A stretch of DNA of 41,035 nucleotides from Octopus bimaculoides. Taxonomy: Eukaryota. Under the pieces are notes generated by a model. It searched no databases. It was given only the letters and a program-made list of their open reading frames with translations, and was not told where the DNA came from. Position numbers and translations under genes: made by a program. The stretch is from assembly GCF_001194135.2 (NCBI RefSeq), contig NC_068988.1, positions 69,444,316-69,485,350 on the forward strand, written 5' to 3'. Below are positions 22,582 through 35,233 of the stretch, one piece after another (position 1 is the first letter of the stretch; each line of letters starts with the position of its first letter).

Positions 22582-22875
22582 ATTTCTGAAATGCAAAACA
22601 GACCAGTTGAAATGCCAGCTCACCTGAGCAGAGATGGAACTCACAGAAAATTGCAGCACAAATGGGTGTGTGGCAAGATTGGCAAGTAATTCTAAAATGA
22701 CTGGAGCCTCCACAGTTGATGAGAGATACCAAAGAAGGCAAGTCATCATCACAACAACCATCTGACCAAAGCCTACATATTTTTCCTGAGCGCACCAACA
22801 CCAGCCGTGCATAGCCTACCATTCTGCATCATGATCTTCAGATATAAAGGCCTGCCATAATCATCATATGTATGT

Positions 22876-24329
22876 GTGTTTTGGGAGCTCCTCTATGCTG
22901 ATGACCTTGCACTAATTGTGCAGTCACTATCAGAACTAGAGGAGAAGTTTAAGGTGTGGAAGCAAGGACTAGAATCGAAGGGCCTTAGAGTCAACCTAGC
23001 TAAAACCAAAATCCTAATAAGTAGGAAGGTAGATAAAACACAAACCCCTTCAGGTAGATGGCCCTGCTCAGTATGCAGTAAAGGAGTAGGTAGTAACTTT
23101 ATAAGATGTACCCGGTGCAAGCTATGGACACATAAGAGGTGCAGCAATATCAAANNNNNNNNNNNNNNNNNNNNNNNNNNNNNNNNNNNNNNNNNNNNNN
23201 NNNNNNNNNNNNNNNNNNNNNNNNNNNNNNNNNNNNNNNNNNNNNNNNNNNNNNNNNNNNNNNNNNNNNNNNNNNNNNNNNNNNNNNNNNNNNNNNNNNN
23301 NNNNNNNNNNNNNNNNNNNNNNNNNNNNNNNNNNNNNNNNNNNNNNNNNNNNNNNNNNNNNNNNNNNNNNNNNNNNNNNNNNNNNNNNNNNNNNNNNNNN
23401 NNNNNNNNNNNNNNNNNNNNNNNNNNNNNNNNNNNNNNNNNNNNNNNNNNNNNNNNNNNNNNNNNNNNNNNNNNNNNNNNNNNNNNNNNNNNNNNNNNNN
23501 NNNNNNNNNNNNNNNNNNNNNNNNNNNNNNNNNNNNNNNNNNNNNNNNNNNNNNNNNNNNNNNNNNNNNNNNNNNNNNNNNNNNNNNNNNNNNNNNNNNN
23601 NNNNNNNNNNNNNNNNNNNNNNNNNNNNNNNNNNNNNNNNNNNNNNNNNNNNNNNNNNNNNNNNNNNNNNNNNNNNNNNNNNNNNNNNNNNNNNNNNNNN
23701 NNNNNNNNNNNNNNNNNNNNNNNNNNNNNNNNNNNNNNNNNNNNNNNNNNNNNNNNNNNNNNNNNNNNNNNNNNNNNNNNNNNNNNNNNNNNNNNNNNNN
23801 NNNNNNNNNNNNNNNNNNNNNNNNNNNNNNNNNNNNNNNNNNNNNNNNNNNNNNNNNNNNNNNNNNNNNNNNNNNNNNNNNNNNNNNNNNNNNNNNNNNN
23901 NNNNNNNNNNNNNNNNNNNNNNNNNNNNNNNNNNNNNNNNNNNNNNNNNNNNNNNNNNNNNNNNNNNNNNNNNNNNNNNNNNNNNNNNNNNNNNNNNNNN
24001 NNNNNNNNNNNNNNNNNNNNNNNNNNNNNNNNNNNNNNNNNNNNNNNNNNNNNNNNNNNNNNNNNNNNNNNNNNNNNNNNNNNNNNNNNNNNNNNNNNNN
24101 NNNNNNNNNNNNNNNNNNNNNNNNNNNNNCGGGTGACACGTAAAAGCACCCACTACACTCTCTGAGTGGTTGGCGTTAGGAAGGGCATCCAGCTGTAGAA
24201 ACTCTGCCAAATTAGATTGGAGCCTGGTGTAGCCATCCGGTTGCACCAGTCCTCAGTCAAATCATCCAACCCATGCTAGCATGGAAAGCGGACGTTTAAA
24301 CGATGATGATGATGATGATGATGATGATG

Positions 24330-24330
<1 letters not shown>
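22876..24330 (+). mobile_element. RTE-clade LINE, 5'-truncated and spanning an assembly gap
   Basis: WELLYADDLAL (RT YADD motif)..GLRVNLAKTKI..WPCSVCSKGVGSN.IRCTRCKLWTHKRCS before the gap; the family tail ending (GAT)n follows the gap. Confidence 0.85.
23155..24129. other. Assembly gap. Other gaps: 2488-2644, 7681-7690, 16997-17268, 21283-21292, 32730-33085, 34333-34342, 38271-39163
   Basis: Runs of N. Confidence 1.
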
Positions 24331-24384
<54 letters not shown>

Positions 24385-24389
24385 ATATG

Positions 24390-24720
24390 AGGTGTTTAGT
24401 TCACTTGTGATCTAGACAAATAAGTGCGCTGGGTAAGTACTATAGTTGGTTGACCATTAGGTTCCAAGATCACAGCTTAGGCGGGATCTAGGGATCCATG
24501 TTAGGGTTCCATTATAGCATGTATATATTGTATTAGGAAAAATCAAAACCAAGGAAGAACGAGTATCTCAAGTCATTTAGAATAATTTAATTAGGGTAAG
24601 GTGAATTTGAAGTCTTACAGCTGTTTCTGGGATAACCCAAGTGGTTGGTCAGCATGTCTGTGTACTGGGTATTCTGTCATCAGAGACAAGGTATGAATAT
24701 TTTAGACAGGAAAAATTTAC
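24390..24720 (-). mobile_element. Second member of the hammerhead-bearing pLTR-like family
   Basis: GTTTAGTTCAC..GTGATCTA..GGTAAG..GTTCCAAG..CAAGTCAT..GTCTTACAGCTGTTTCTGGGATA is collinear with the reverse complement of 4310-4590. Confidence 0.7.
24612..24687 (-). ncRNA. Minimal type I hammerhead ribozyme with a long stem II insert
   Basis: The minus strand reads gtct-CTGATGA-cagaatacccag..(loop)..ttgggttatccca-GAAA-cagct-GTA-agac. Stem I is a perfect 4 bp; the base of stem II is mismatched. Confidence 0.75.
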
Positions 24721-26227
24721 GGTTTACAAGGAATAAAATTCACAGTTTAGAAAGAATAAAATAGAAAAATAAAGTAGTAAAATAGAAGAATAAAGAGTAA
24801 AGGTAGAAGAATATAGGCAGGAGAATAATGTTCACAATTCATCTTTTTCCAGAGGATATAGACGTTGGTCGCTACTTCCATATGTATATTTAAATAATAA
24901 ATACCAGCATCATTGCAGGAGCTTCTAGAATGTGGTTGTTGACAACATCAAACTCTTTTCCAAGGCTTTTGACATGCAATTTTTTTTTCTCAGTGCTTAG
25001 TCCTAAAGCCTTTTCCATGGCTGGGTATGGCTACAAGGTAATAAAGATTTAAAATCAGAATTTTCCTTCCCCTAAATGGGTCCCCCCCACCACCACCATG
25101 GCTAACAAGCTCCACGAGTGTTTGTTTTCATTTTATTCTCAACCATCTTATTTATACTTTACATAATGCTGTTATGCCTTATGTTGAACTGTTGAATGGA
25201 ATTATGAAAAACAGCAAAAACAGCTGCTGCAGTGGTAGCAATGGTGACACAATGTGATGACAACAACAACGATGACCAGGATGATTGCCATAGTGATTAT
25301 ATCACGTATTATCTGGCTCTTGTTAATTGTTAGCCATAGTTCTATGATATTGGCTTTTCTTCATTGTTGCTTTTTTTTTCCTCCCTAGAAGTAAAATATT
25401 AAAATATTAAGGATTTCCATTGAAGTAGAATTTGAAGGGATATTTACAGCATTTCATATTCTAAGCTTTGACCTTTACAACTTAATAGAAATGCCATGAG
25501 CTTCAGAATCTACAATGAATGTATTGAAATATGGCTATATTGAAATAATAAAATGTATTATTCCTCACATTTTGAATCATCTACAATAGGATGAACTGAG
25601 AACTGAGTAATTAAATGTACTAGATGACATTGTATGTTGTTTATTAAAAAGTTAATTAAAAAGAGAATTATAACTAAATATTAGCTGGAGTTCCTACAGG
25701 AATATTGATAAAGGCTGTGAAGAAATAGATAGCCAAAGGATTAAGTTAACTGATTCTAGAATTAACTGTGTGATTAGTTTTGTGTGGTTTTACCAGATTC
25801 TATAGTTTGGAAAGATATTAACCTATTCATAGCAGCATGCAGTGTTGCCGGATTCATGAATCATTGATGCTTTAAGATTGCTTTTCTACTTTTCTTTTTA
25901 TCTAAACATAGAATATATTGGACAGATGTGTAATTATGGTATAAAACAAAAGGGAGACAAATAAATAAAGAAAGAAAGAATGAAATACAGGTTAGTTAAA
26001 AGTTTCTATCTTGCATCATCATCCTATATGATTAAATACCATACTCAGATCACACTCTATGCTTATCAGCATAATTTGAGAACCACAGCACATTAAGGAT
26101 AAGATTACTGTAGAAAATGAGAAAATAAAAATTATTAAGTTGATAGCAAATTTAAGAACGCAGTCATACAAGACTAAGTGCAGGATTATATTGAACATTC
26201 AGACTCCAGTTGTATGAGGCTAGACTC

Positions 26228-27915
26228 AGATAAAAGTAATTACAGAGGCATCAAATTGCTGGACCAGGTGATGAAAGTTGTGGAGAGAGTGATAGCCCAA
26301 TTAATTAGGAACAAAATTATACTTGATGAAATGCAGTTTGGCTTTGTCCCAAGGAGAAGCACCATTGGTGCTATTTTCATAGTCAGGCAACTGCATGAGA
26401 AGTAGTTAGCTTAGAACAAGTTGTTGTACTTTGCATTTGTTGATCTAGAGAAAGTTTTCAATAGGGTATTTAGCTCTGTGGCATGATATGGTCTCTGAGG
26501 AAGTTAGGGGTAGGCAAATGGCTTGTGAAAGCAGTACAGGCCAAGTACAAGGTTGCTGTTAGTAAGGTAAAAGTTAGCCATGGGTACAATGATGAATTTA
26601 GTGTACAGGTAAATGTTCACCAAGGCTAGGTCCTCAGCTACCTCCTTTTCATTACCGTCCTCAAAGCAATAACAAAGGAATTTAAGGCTGAAAGCCCTTG
26701 GGAATTATGCTGGTGATCTGGCCCTCACAGTAGAATTAGAAAATGTAAAAATCCAGGTGAGGCACCAGAACAAGTAACCGAAGAGTTTTAAAGATAACCT
26801 AACAAAGACAAGGTCCTAGTTAGTAAGAAATCAGACAGGACCCTTCACCCTTCAGATAAATGACTCTACTCAATATGTAGGATGAGCGTGTCAGCTGAAA
26901 TTCCATTCGGTGTACCCAGTGCAAGCTGTGGACACACAGAGAAAGTAGTGTTTGAATATGGAAGATGTACAAGATTTATAGAGACCACAGATACATGGGA
27001 ACTGATTTCCTGAAATATCCCAAAAGCTCTCTGGAAATTGTAGATAGTTTTTGGTGCCTAGATCACCTAACTAGCAGCAGAGGAGGGTATACATAAAGTG
27101 TAAATACTGGAATGTGAATAGGATGGGTAAAGCTCAGGTTTTTACCCCTGTTGGCTACCAAAGGTCTCTCTCTCTCTCTCTCTCCGAGTAAAAGGAAGAT
27201 TGTATGATGCATGTGTATGAACTGCAATGCTACATGGTAGTGAGATGTGGTCCTGAATATAGAGGACATGCAAAGACTAGAGAGGAATGAAGCTGGTATG
27301 CTCCACTTGATGTGCAATGTCAGTGTACATGTGCAACAGAGCACAGGTGCATTGAGAGAAAAGTTAAGTATAAGAAGAATTATATGTAATGTGCAAGAGA
27401 GAACACTGTGCTGGTTTGGTCACGTGATATGGGCAGTTGCATAAAGAGGAGCAGATCATTTAAAGTGGCGAGTTGTGAAAGAGGAAGACCCAAGAATACA
27501 TGGGACAAAGTATTGAAGGCTGATCTCAAAAATGCTGAGCCTTACGAAGGAGATGACAGAGAATCAAGATATATGACACACTGCAGTACTCAAGAAGACC
27601 TGCCTACCTCAACACAATTGATATCCTAAAACTAATGTGCCATGAAAAAGGTACTGGTGATGGTGCTGGTGCCATGTAAAAAGCAATCATGTTGTTGCCA
27701 CATAAAAAGCATTAGTAATAATGTCACATAAAAAACACCTGGTATACTCTGTAAAGTGGTTGGAGTTGGAAAGGGCATCCAGCTGTAGAAACCAAGTGAA
27801 AGGGAATGGGGTGCAGGCACTGGCTTTGCCAGTTCCTATCAGGTCAATCAATCCATGCAAACATGGGAAGTAGATGTCAAATGACAACGACAACGATGAT
27901 GATGATGATGATGAT
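26228..27915 (+). mobile_element. RTE-clade LINE 3' part (decayed RT, Cys-rich region and tail)
   Basis: SNYRGIKLLDQVMKVVERVIAQLIRNKIILDEMQFGFVPRRSTIGAIFIVRQLHEK..YFAFVDLEK; LERNEAGML..LCWFGHV; tail ending (GAT)n. Confidence 0.9.
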
Positions 27916-29127
27916 GATCCATATAACGCTGGACTAAAGATTATATTCAACTTAAAGAGAGTTATGACAAAGTTAAACTCAACTTTAAGAACTAACTATA
28001 TGAGGCTAAACTCAAAGTTACTCACGTTTGAGAGACCAACCATATGAAGTTTGACTGTAGTTTAACAATATCAATATAATGCTGGATTCAATGTTAGATT
28101 TTTCTTTAAGAAAGAAATCATTTGAGGTTAGATACAAAGTTAAAACACAAGCTTAAGAAATCAGCTGTACAAGGTTAGTCTGAGGTTAAGAGACCAGCTG
28201 TAGGAAGCTGGGCTTACAATGCTTTATTTATGTCCAATAATATACAAAGGAGAAGGAGACAGGATGCATTTCTATAAGTTACTAAAAGCTTAAGTAAATT
28301 TTGCATAAGTCAATGTTTTAGAATTCTAAAAAGTAAGTCATTCCTACAAAATATTTTAAAAAATACATAGAAAAGTTTTGATACATAGAAAAATAGTTGA
28401 TACATAGAAAAGTATCAACCATTTAAAATAAGATTTCTGCAATGGTATTTACAGGTTTCTGCTATCAACTGTAGAATGTTTGTCATTGTTTTGGGTGCCA
28501 GATAAGTTCTGATGAAACAGACTGATAGTACACTAGTAGTTTATCGAACCACTGGATGGCACTGTCAAATCACTGGCTCTAGATATACCATATCTATCTA
28601 AAGACTATGCTGAATAGGCTAACATTTGTACCTACAGATACAGATGCTAGCCACAGCAGACATGGACAAGGTAGATTCCACCAAAGCACAACAGTTGCTT
28701 TTCCTCTACACTTTATATTGCATAAATTAATGTTTTTAAAACATTTTGCTTAATTGATTATTTCCATTCATTGTCAGATTTATTACATTTACAGTAATAT
28801 ATTTTGTTTAGTACTCATAATAGTAATGGCTGTGGAATTAAAAATGTTTGCTTTACATTATAGAGTCTAGTAATTATTATGCATAATGCCAACGACAACA
28901 ATTTGAGTAAAATACTAGTCATGTACAGATAATGACAATATAAAAGTAGAAATTGTTTCAATTTCAAATAATTCTATTATTGAATGTACCAGGTGTGCTA
29001 TTAAGAAATTCCTCATTATATTAAAATCAAGGAGAATGATCAAGAGGAGAGGAAAAAAATAGAATGAGCTATTTGAAATGCAGCAAAAATGGTTCAGACA
29101 TTTTTTGATTCAATATGTAAGAACAAG

Positions 29128-29358
29128 AAGGCAGTGAGCTGGCAGAAACATTAGCATGTCAGGCAAAATGCTTAGCGGTATTTCGTCTGTCTTTGTTCTG
29201 AGTTCAAATTCCACTGAGGTCGACTTTACCTTTTATCCTTTTGGGGTCAATTAAATAAGTACCAGTTATGCAGTGGAGACGATGTAGTTGACTTAATCCC
29301 TTTGTCTGTCCTTGTTTGTCCCCTCTATGTTTAGCCCCTTGTGGGCAATAGAGAAATG
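29128..29358 (+). mobile_element. SINE family A with a Tx1-like 3' tail
   Basis: Head AAGGCAGTGAGCTGGCAGAA, B-box GAGTTCAAATTCC, central GTCGACTTTACCTTTTATCCTTTTGGGGTC..TAAGTACCAG, and tail TGTCTGTCCTTGTTTGTCCCC..CCCCTTGTGGGCAATAGAGAAAT. Confidence 0.9.
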
Positions 29359-29464
29359 AATATGTGAGAAAAAGGATATTTTCATTTAACTATTGGGTTG
29401 TTAGATAAATCTTTTTTTTTTTTTTTCAATTTTAATCCCTACTTTTCATCACCAATTTTAAAAA

Positions 29465-30460
29465 ATCAGTCAATAACATATTCTCCTTCATTGTTCACAA
29501 CTTGTTGCCAATGTTCCTCTAGCATGCCAATGCCTTGACAATAGAAATCACTCAACTTAGCTCCATGTTGTAGTTAAACAAATGCTCCACAAACTGTTGA
29601 AGAGCATCCCAAAAAGGTAATAATCTGAAGGAACTATATCAGGAGAATATAATTGGTACGGTAGAACTTCCCAACTGAGCTTTTGAATAGCATTTTTGGC
29701 CAAATTAGTGACGTAGCAGTGAGCATTGTCTTGTTGAAGCAGCACACTGAGTTGTCAGTTGATTTGTTATAGCTGGATTGACTCTTTGAGCTGGAGCATT
29801 TGTTGAATACAAAGCTCAGCATTAACCGTGTGGTTGTTTTCAAGCATTATGCAGTAGATAACCCTTTTCCAATCTCACCAAAACAGAGCATTCTCTTGCA
29901 TGAATGCAGCTGTGGTTTGTCTCAATGAGTTGCTCGCTTGTCAGAAGCCTGCCATTCTTTCCTCTGCTTCATAATGACATAAAGACATTATTTCTCATCA
30001 GCAGTGACAATGGAGTAAAGAAATCTTTGTTTGTATCCATGAGCTACCTAGTGTCAAGTGAGCAAACTGGCAGTGATACAAAAGCATTAGTGGTTCTCTT
30101 TCATTCAGAGTGTGTAGCTCTCACGCATCAAATTTTTGAACCTCACCCATTGAGTGAAGGTGACAAACAATGGCATCATGAGAGCATCCCATCTGCTGGG
30201 CCAATTCCCTAGTGGATATGCATAGATCCTCATGGATGAACTTGTTCATTTGTTCCTAATTGAACTGAACAGGTCAGGTAGAACATGAAGAGTAAGATTG
30301 AAATGTGAAAACCATTTCTGTGTAGTTTTTTTTTTCAGTAATAATGCCTTCCCTGTACAAGATTGTCTTGAGCAGCTTTGGCAGCTTTGGAACCTTGACT
30401 GAAAACAGAGAGAAGCAAGTGTCAAAAATCTTCATTTTTTTCTACTATTTCAGAATTGTT
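29465..30460 (-). mobile_element. Mariner (DD34D) transposase pseudogene, near full length
   Basis: HLLLSVFSQGSKAAKAAQ.. at the N-terminus, and QQDNAHCYVTNLAKNAIQKLSWEVLPYQLYSPDIVPSDYYLF, which has 34 residues between D and D. Confidence 0.85.
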
Positions 30461-31429
30461 CAAATGTCAGAGACAATAAACAAAAGTTGTAGTGGAAGAA
30501 TAAATTTACAAAAACACCACAGAACACAATAATAAAAATATGTTTTGTGTTGATTCAAATAACATCAAAAAGAATTTACCTGGCAACCTAATATTTTTAA
30601 TTTATTTAAACTTTTGAGATGTCTTATGGAAAAAAAAAATCTGGCAGAACTGAATTTTAGAATTACAACAGTTTATTTTTGATTTTTTTGGTCCAGTGTA
30701 CAAGAAAATGTTTTCTAAAGCCACCAGTTTAGAAATATTTCTCTTCAATCATTTACAGGTAATTACTCCTTTCTCTATAATAATGTTCAGATTATTACAA
30801 AATGTTACCAAGGAAATTTCTCCAGCAGGTGTACCACTTCAAATCACAATTCTATAAAGTTCTCTAAAACTTTCATTTCCTCATCTGTCAAGTATTCTTT
30901 AGTTTTGATGGAATTATTTTTTGTTCTTGATTTTCTATGTAGTTGTCCTTCTAACAACTATTTTTTTTTTTTAACATCTTTCCTTTTTTTCCTTTCGTTT
31001 CTCATATTTTTACATTTTACATATTTTCCAGTTTTTTATATGAGCAAATCCTGTAAAAATGTGATTTTCAGAAATACATTCCTTGTTACCAATATTTGCA
31101 ATATTGAAATCTGACAATGGTCAGTAAATACTTTGGTATTATTTCAGCAAATGTTACTCAACAAATGTGAGGTAAAATGTCCCAGTGATGATATACATGT
31201 TATATCCTTAAAGATTAATGAATACACTGTAACAGTGTAATAACAATATAATCGAAACAAACGGCAGTAACCATACGGAAATTAACTACAATCATTCAAG
31301 AACCAACAATCTAACACAATAACTCAAACTTCAAACTTTGAACTCCAGCTTTGAACCATCTCATTTACTACCTCATTTACTCACACCACTACTATCTATA
31401 TGTTGTGGTCCAGTCCATTCTCACCAGGG

Positions 31430-31862
31430 GGCATTGTACTCTCACTCAAGTTCAATAAAGGCAACAATGCATTGAAAAGTGTGAGGAATATTAATGCAGT
31501 ATATGGGGATTGGTCAATAAGTGTAAGTCAGTGTCAATGGTGGTTCCAGAAATTCCAAGCCAAAAATTACTGCCTAGAAGATGTGCCTCAACTTGAAAGA
31601 TCTGTAGAACTCAATGATGACGTCCTACAAACCCTGATGGAACAAAATCCCATTCTAACTGTTGAGGAACTAGTAGAGAATCTTGAATTTTGTTATTCAA
31701 CCATTCATTGACACCTGCATGCCATCGGAAAAGTCAGTAAATTGGGTCAATGGTTTCCTCACAAACTTTCCAAGTCTAATCGCATGCAGAAAGAAGAGTA
31801 CAGCTCTTCTTTACTATCATGTCTCATGAATGAACCTTTTTGGGACTGAATAGTAACTGGGG
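31430..31862 (+). mobile_element. Mariner transposase N-terminal half
   Basis: FNKGNNALKSVRNINAVYGDWSISVSQCQWWFQKFQ..LGQWFPHKLS..IVTG, truncated at the first catalytic motif. Confidence 0.85.
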
Positions 31863-32473
31863 CAATTTGTTTGCTAGGTGTTGACCTATAAGCTACAATC
31901 TAATGATTTAAAGAAGTAACAGAAAGACTCTCTGTCTCTGTGTGTGTATGTGATTGTGAGTGATGTAACAGTCTGATATTTGGTTATCTCTCAAGTTTTA
32001 ACCTAATTGTTATTGTCAATCAGAGCATAAATTTTAAGGTTTACAATAAAATGAGATTTATTATTTCAATTTATTGAAATATAAACATTTGCAACATTAA
32101 TTAACATGCTAAGGTGGACATAATTAATTATGACTATCGCCATAAAATAACATGTTGCCTTACAAAACAACTTCTATAAACACAAACAAATGAAGTCCAA
32201 TAAAGTCAGTAGATTTGCTAGAAATAGAAGCCAAATCTCCTTCAAACAACACGCTATTATTTTATGTATATGTGTACGTATGTGTGAGTAAATGAGGATA
32301 ATTGTACACGGTGGTCTGATCTGCTTGAAATAGTAACCAAATCCTCTCTTAAATCCCACCTCTTACCTTAAGGAATGATATATTGGACAGTGTGTATATA
32401 AATCCATCCGTCTGTATATAATTAATCTGTCTGTCTCTCACTCTCCCCCACTGTCTCTTTCTCTCTCTTTTCT

Positions 32474-32512
<39 letters not shown>

Positions 32513-33224
32513 ATTCACACATTACCCTGGAAAATATTGGAATGGTCATGGCTGGATTGTCTTTATTCATAAGTTTGCTCAATCCGTATTAACCTAAATC
32601 TTATCCACATTATTAACAGAGATGTTAAAGAAATCCACTCTTTACTTTCTTTCTTCTTATATATTCCATCTTTCTTTATCCTCACCCCCTTCTCTTTCTG
32701 CTTCAATTTATAATCCACTAACTGCACTTNNNNNNNNNNNNNNNNNNNNNNNNNNNNNNNNNNNNNNNNNNNNNNNNNNNNNNNNNNNNNNNNNNNNNNN
32801 NNNNNNNNNNNNNNNNNNNNNNNNNNNNNNNNNNNNNNNNNNNNNNNNNNNNNNNNNNNNNNNNNNNNNNNNNNNNNNNNNNNNNNNNNNNNNNNNNNNN
32901 NNNNNNNNNNNNNNNNNNNNNNNNNNNNNNNNNNNNNNNNNNNNNNNNNNNNNNNNNNNNNNNNNNNNNNNNNNNNNNNNNNNNNNNNNNNNNNNNNNNN
33001 NNNNNNNNNNNNNNNNNNNNNNNNNNNNNNNNNNNNNNNNNNNNNNNNNNNNNNNNNNNNNNNNNNNNNNNNNNNNNNNNNNNNNATTAGAATTGATAGT
33101 TTTAAAGAAAGGTCAAACAGTGTGTGCATGTGTGTGTGTGTGTGTGTGTGTGTGCACGCGTGGGGGTTGCAACTCAGTTTCTGTCTGCTAAATTCTTTAT
33201 ACATTGGCCAACCCGATACGCAAT

Positions 33225-33442
33225 ATTGGTTTCAAATTTTGGCACGAGGCCTGAATTTTTGAGGGAGCAAGTTGGTCGATTACATTTACCTCAGTATTTA
33301 ACTGGTACTTATTTTATCAGCCCCAAAAGGATGAAAAGCAAAGTTGACCTCAGCAGAATTTGAATTCTGAATGTAACAATGGATGAAATGCCACTAAACA
33401 TTTGTCCCAGCACAGTAACAATTCTTTCAGCTCACTGCCTTA
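33225..33442 (-). mobile_element. SINE family A
   Basis: Reverse complement of the family A head and central domain (GGCAGTGAGCTG..GTCAACTTTGC..TAAGTACCAG). Confidence 0.8.
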
Positions 33443-33634
33443 CTGATCAACCCAATATTGATCAACCCAAGCTATAGCAGAAGACATTTGCTCAGTGGGT
33501 TGTGCAATGGCAGTAGGGTCTTGAAAGTGAACAAGGTGATTGCAAAGTAACCTCTTTTGACATACAGAAATATGAGCAACCATTTGCTTAAGTAGTCACC
33601 TTATACCCCTCTTCACAACCTTGATGATAACACC

Positions 33635-34021
33635 GTTGTTGTTGGCACTCAGTCGCTTACGACGTCGAGGGTTCCAGTTGATCCAATCAACGGAACAGCC
33701 TGCTCAAGAAATTTATGTGCATGTGGCTGAGCACTCCACAGACACGTGTACCCTTAACGTAGTTCTCGGGGATATTGAGCGTGACACAGTGTGACAAGGC
33801 TGACCCTTTGAATTACAGGCACAACAGAAACAGGAAGTAAGAGTGAGAGAAAGTTGTGGTGGAAGAGTACAGCAGGGTTCGCCACCATCCCCTGCCGGAA
33901 CCTCATGGAGCTTTTAGATGTTTTCGTCCAATAAACACTCACAACGCCCGGTCTGGGAATTGAAACCGCGATCCTATGACTGCAAGTCCGCTGCCCTAAC
34001 CACTGGGCCATTGCGCCTCCA
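33635..34021 (-). mobile_element. SINE family C, full length, 11-bp TSD
   Basis: Near-identical reverse complement of 22054-22442, with TSD TGATGATAACA at 33622-33632 and 34023-34033. Confidence 0.9.
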
Positions 34022-34294
34022 CTGATGATAACAGCAACAAAGGGAGTAACAACAACAGAAGGAGTAGCAACAAGAACTGATGATAGTGCTGCTGCCCCCA
34101 CTGATTATGATAAGGATAATAACAACAATCGTTTCTTTATCAGACAAGATACATACAGAATGCTTCATAAAAAGACCCTCAAAAGACATGAGACAACATA
34201 AGTATACATACTCAATTTAGAGCTCCAAGCATAGTTGTATGGATAAGAAGCTCATACTGGAACCTCATGGGGATCAAGGATGGACCAGTATACA

Positions 34295-34332
<38 letters not shown>

Positions 34333-34351
34333 NNNNNNNNNNATATATATT

Positions 34352-34382
<31 letters not shown>

Positions 34383-35173
34383 TTGTGTGTGTATCATATA
34401 TATATGCGTGTGTATATTCACACACATATATAGACAGACAGACAGATTAGTTATAGGATTCAATAGAATCTAGGCACATAAAGACATAAGATGCCAGAAA
34501 TTGCTAGGTACAATAACATAGGGTTGAGAATGTGATAAAGTAACAATGAAGGTATCAAGTGTTGGTAGAATACTGTAGTATCCTAATCCAGTTTAAATCC
34601 AGTTCATTTCATCCAATTCCAGTACCAAATCTAATTTAAATCATTTAACTCAGGGTTACTTCTAGGTGTGTCATAGGTATAAAATGAGAACCAAAATGGG
34701 GTTTTAAATCACAATAATAGTTCTGGTATAATGTATTCATACATTACATCATAACATATAACCTATCATCTTCAGGTAAAATATTAAACCAGTATCAAAT
34801 AGGTATGATATATTGATAGTCAAGAATCCAACCAACATTGATGGATAAGTGATATTTTGAAAATAACATTCGAATTTATTGAGAAATTCCAAGTGGCTTT
34901 AAGAGGCATGTGAGAAGCTGTTAAAGTTAAATTTGGCAAATACTTATATGTGTATATATATATATGTATATTTATATATATGCACATATATATTTTGCTT
35001 ATTTGCATCACTGTCTCCATATCAGCTTGCCTGGATTTCTCTTACAGTCACTCTTTACCTGATGGACCTAGTCATACATAAAGACTTTGGAGGTTAAGTT
35101 CTAATCATTTGAGTACTATTATGTGTTTTCTATATTGAGCATCATTAGCTCTTATCATTTGACTGTATATATG

Positions 35174-35233
<60 letters not shown>

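Noticed and set aside
22893-24246. Long ORFs of 330-430 aa, and others containing X runs
   Set aside because: Their length comes from N gaps. Only the RTE RT fragment before the gap is real.
24991-25036. Plus-strand segment with strong AG/GT sites (LSPKAFSMAGYGYK)
   Set aside because: It appears to be part of an interspersed repeat end, with no supporting neighbouring exons.
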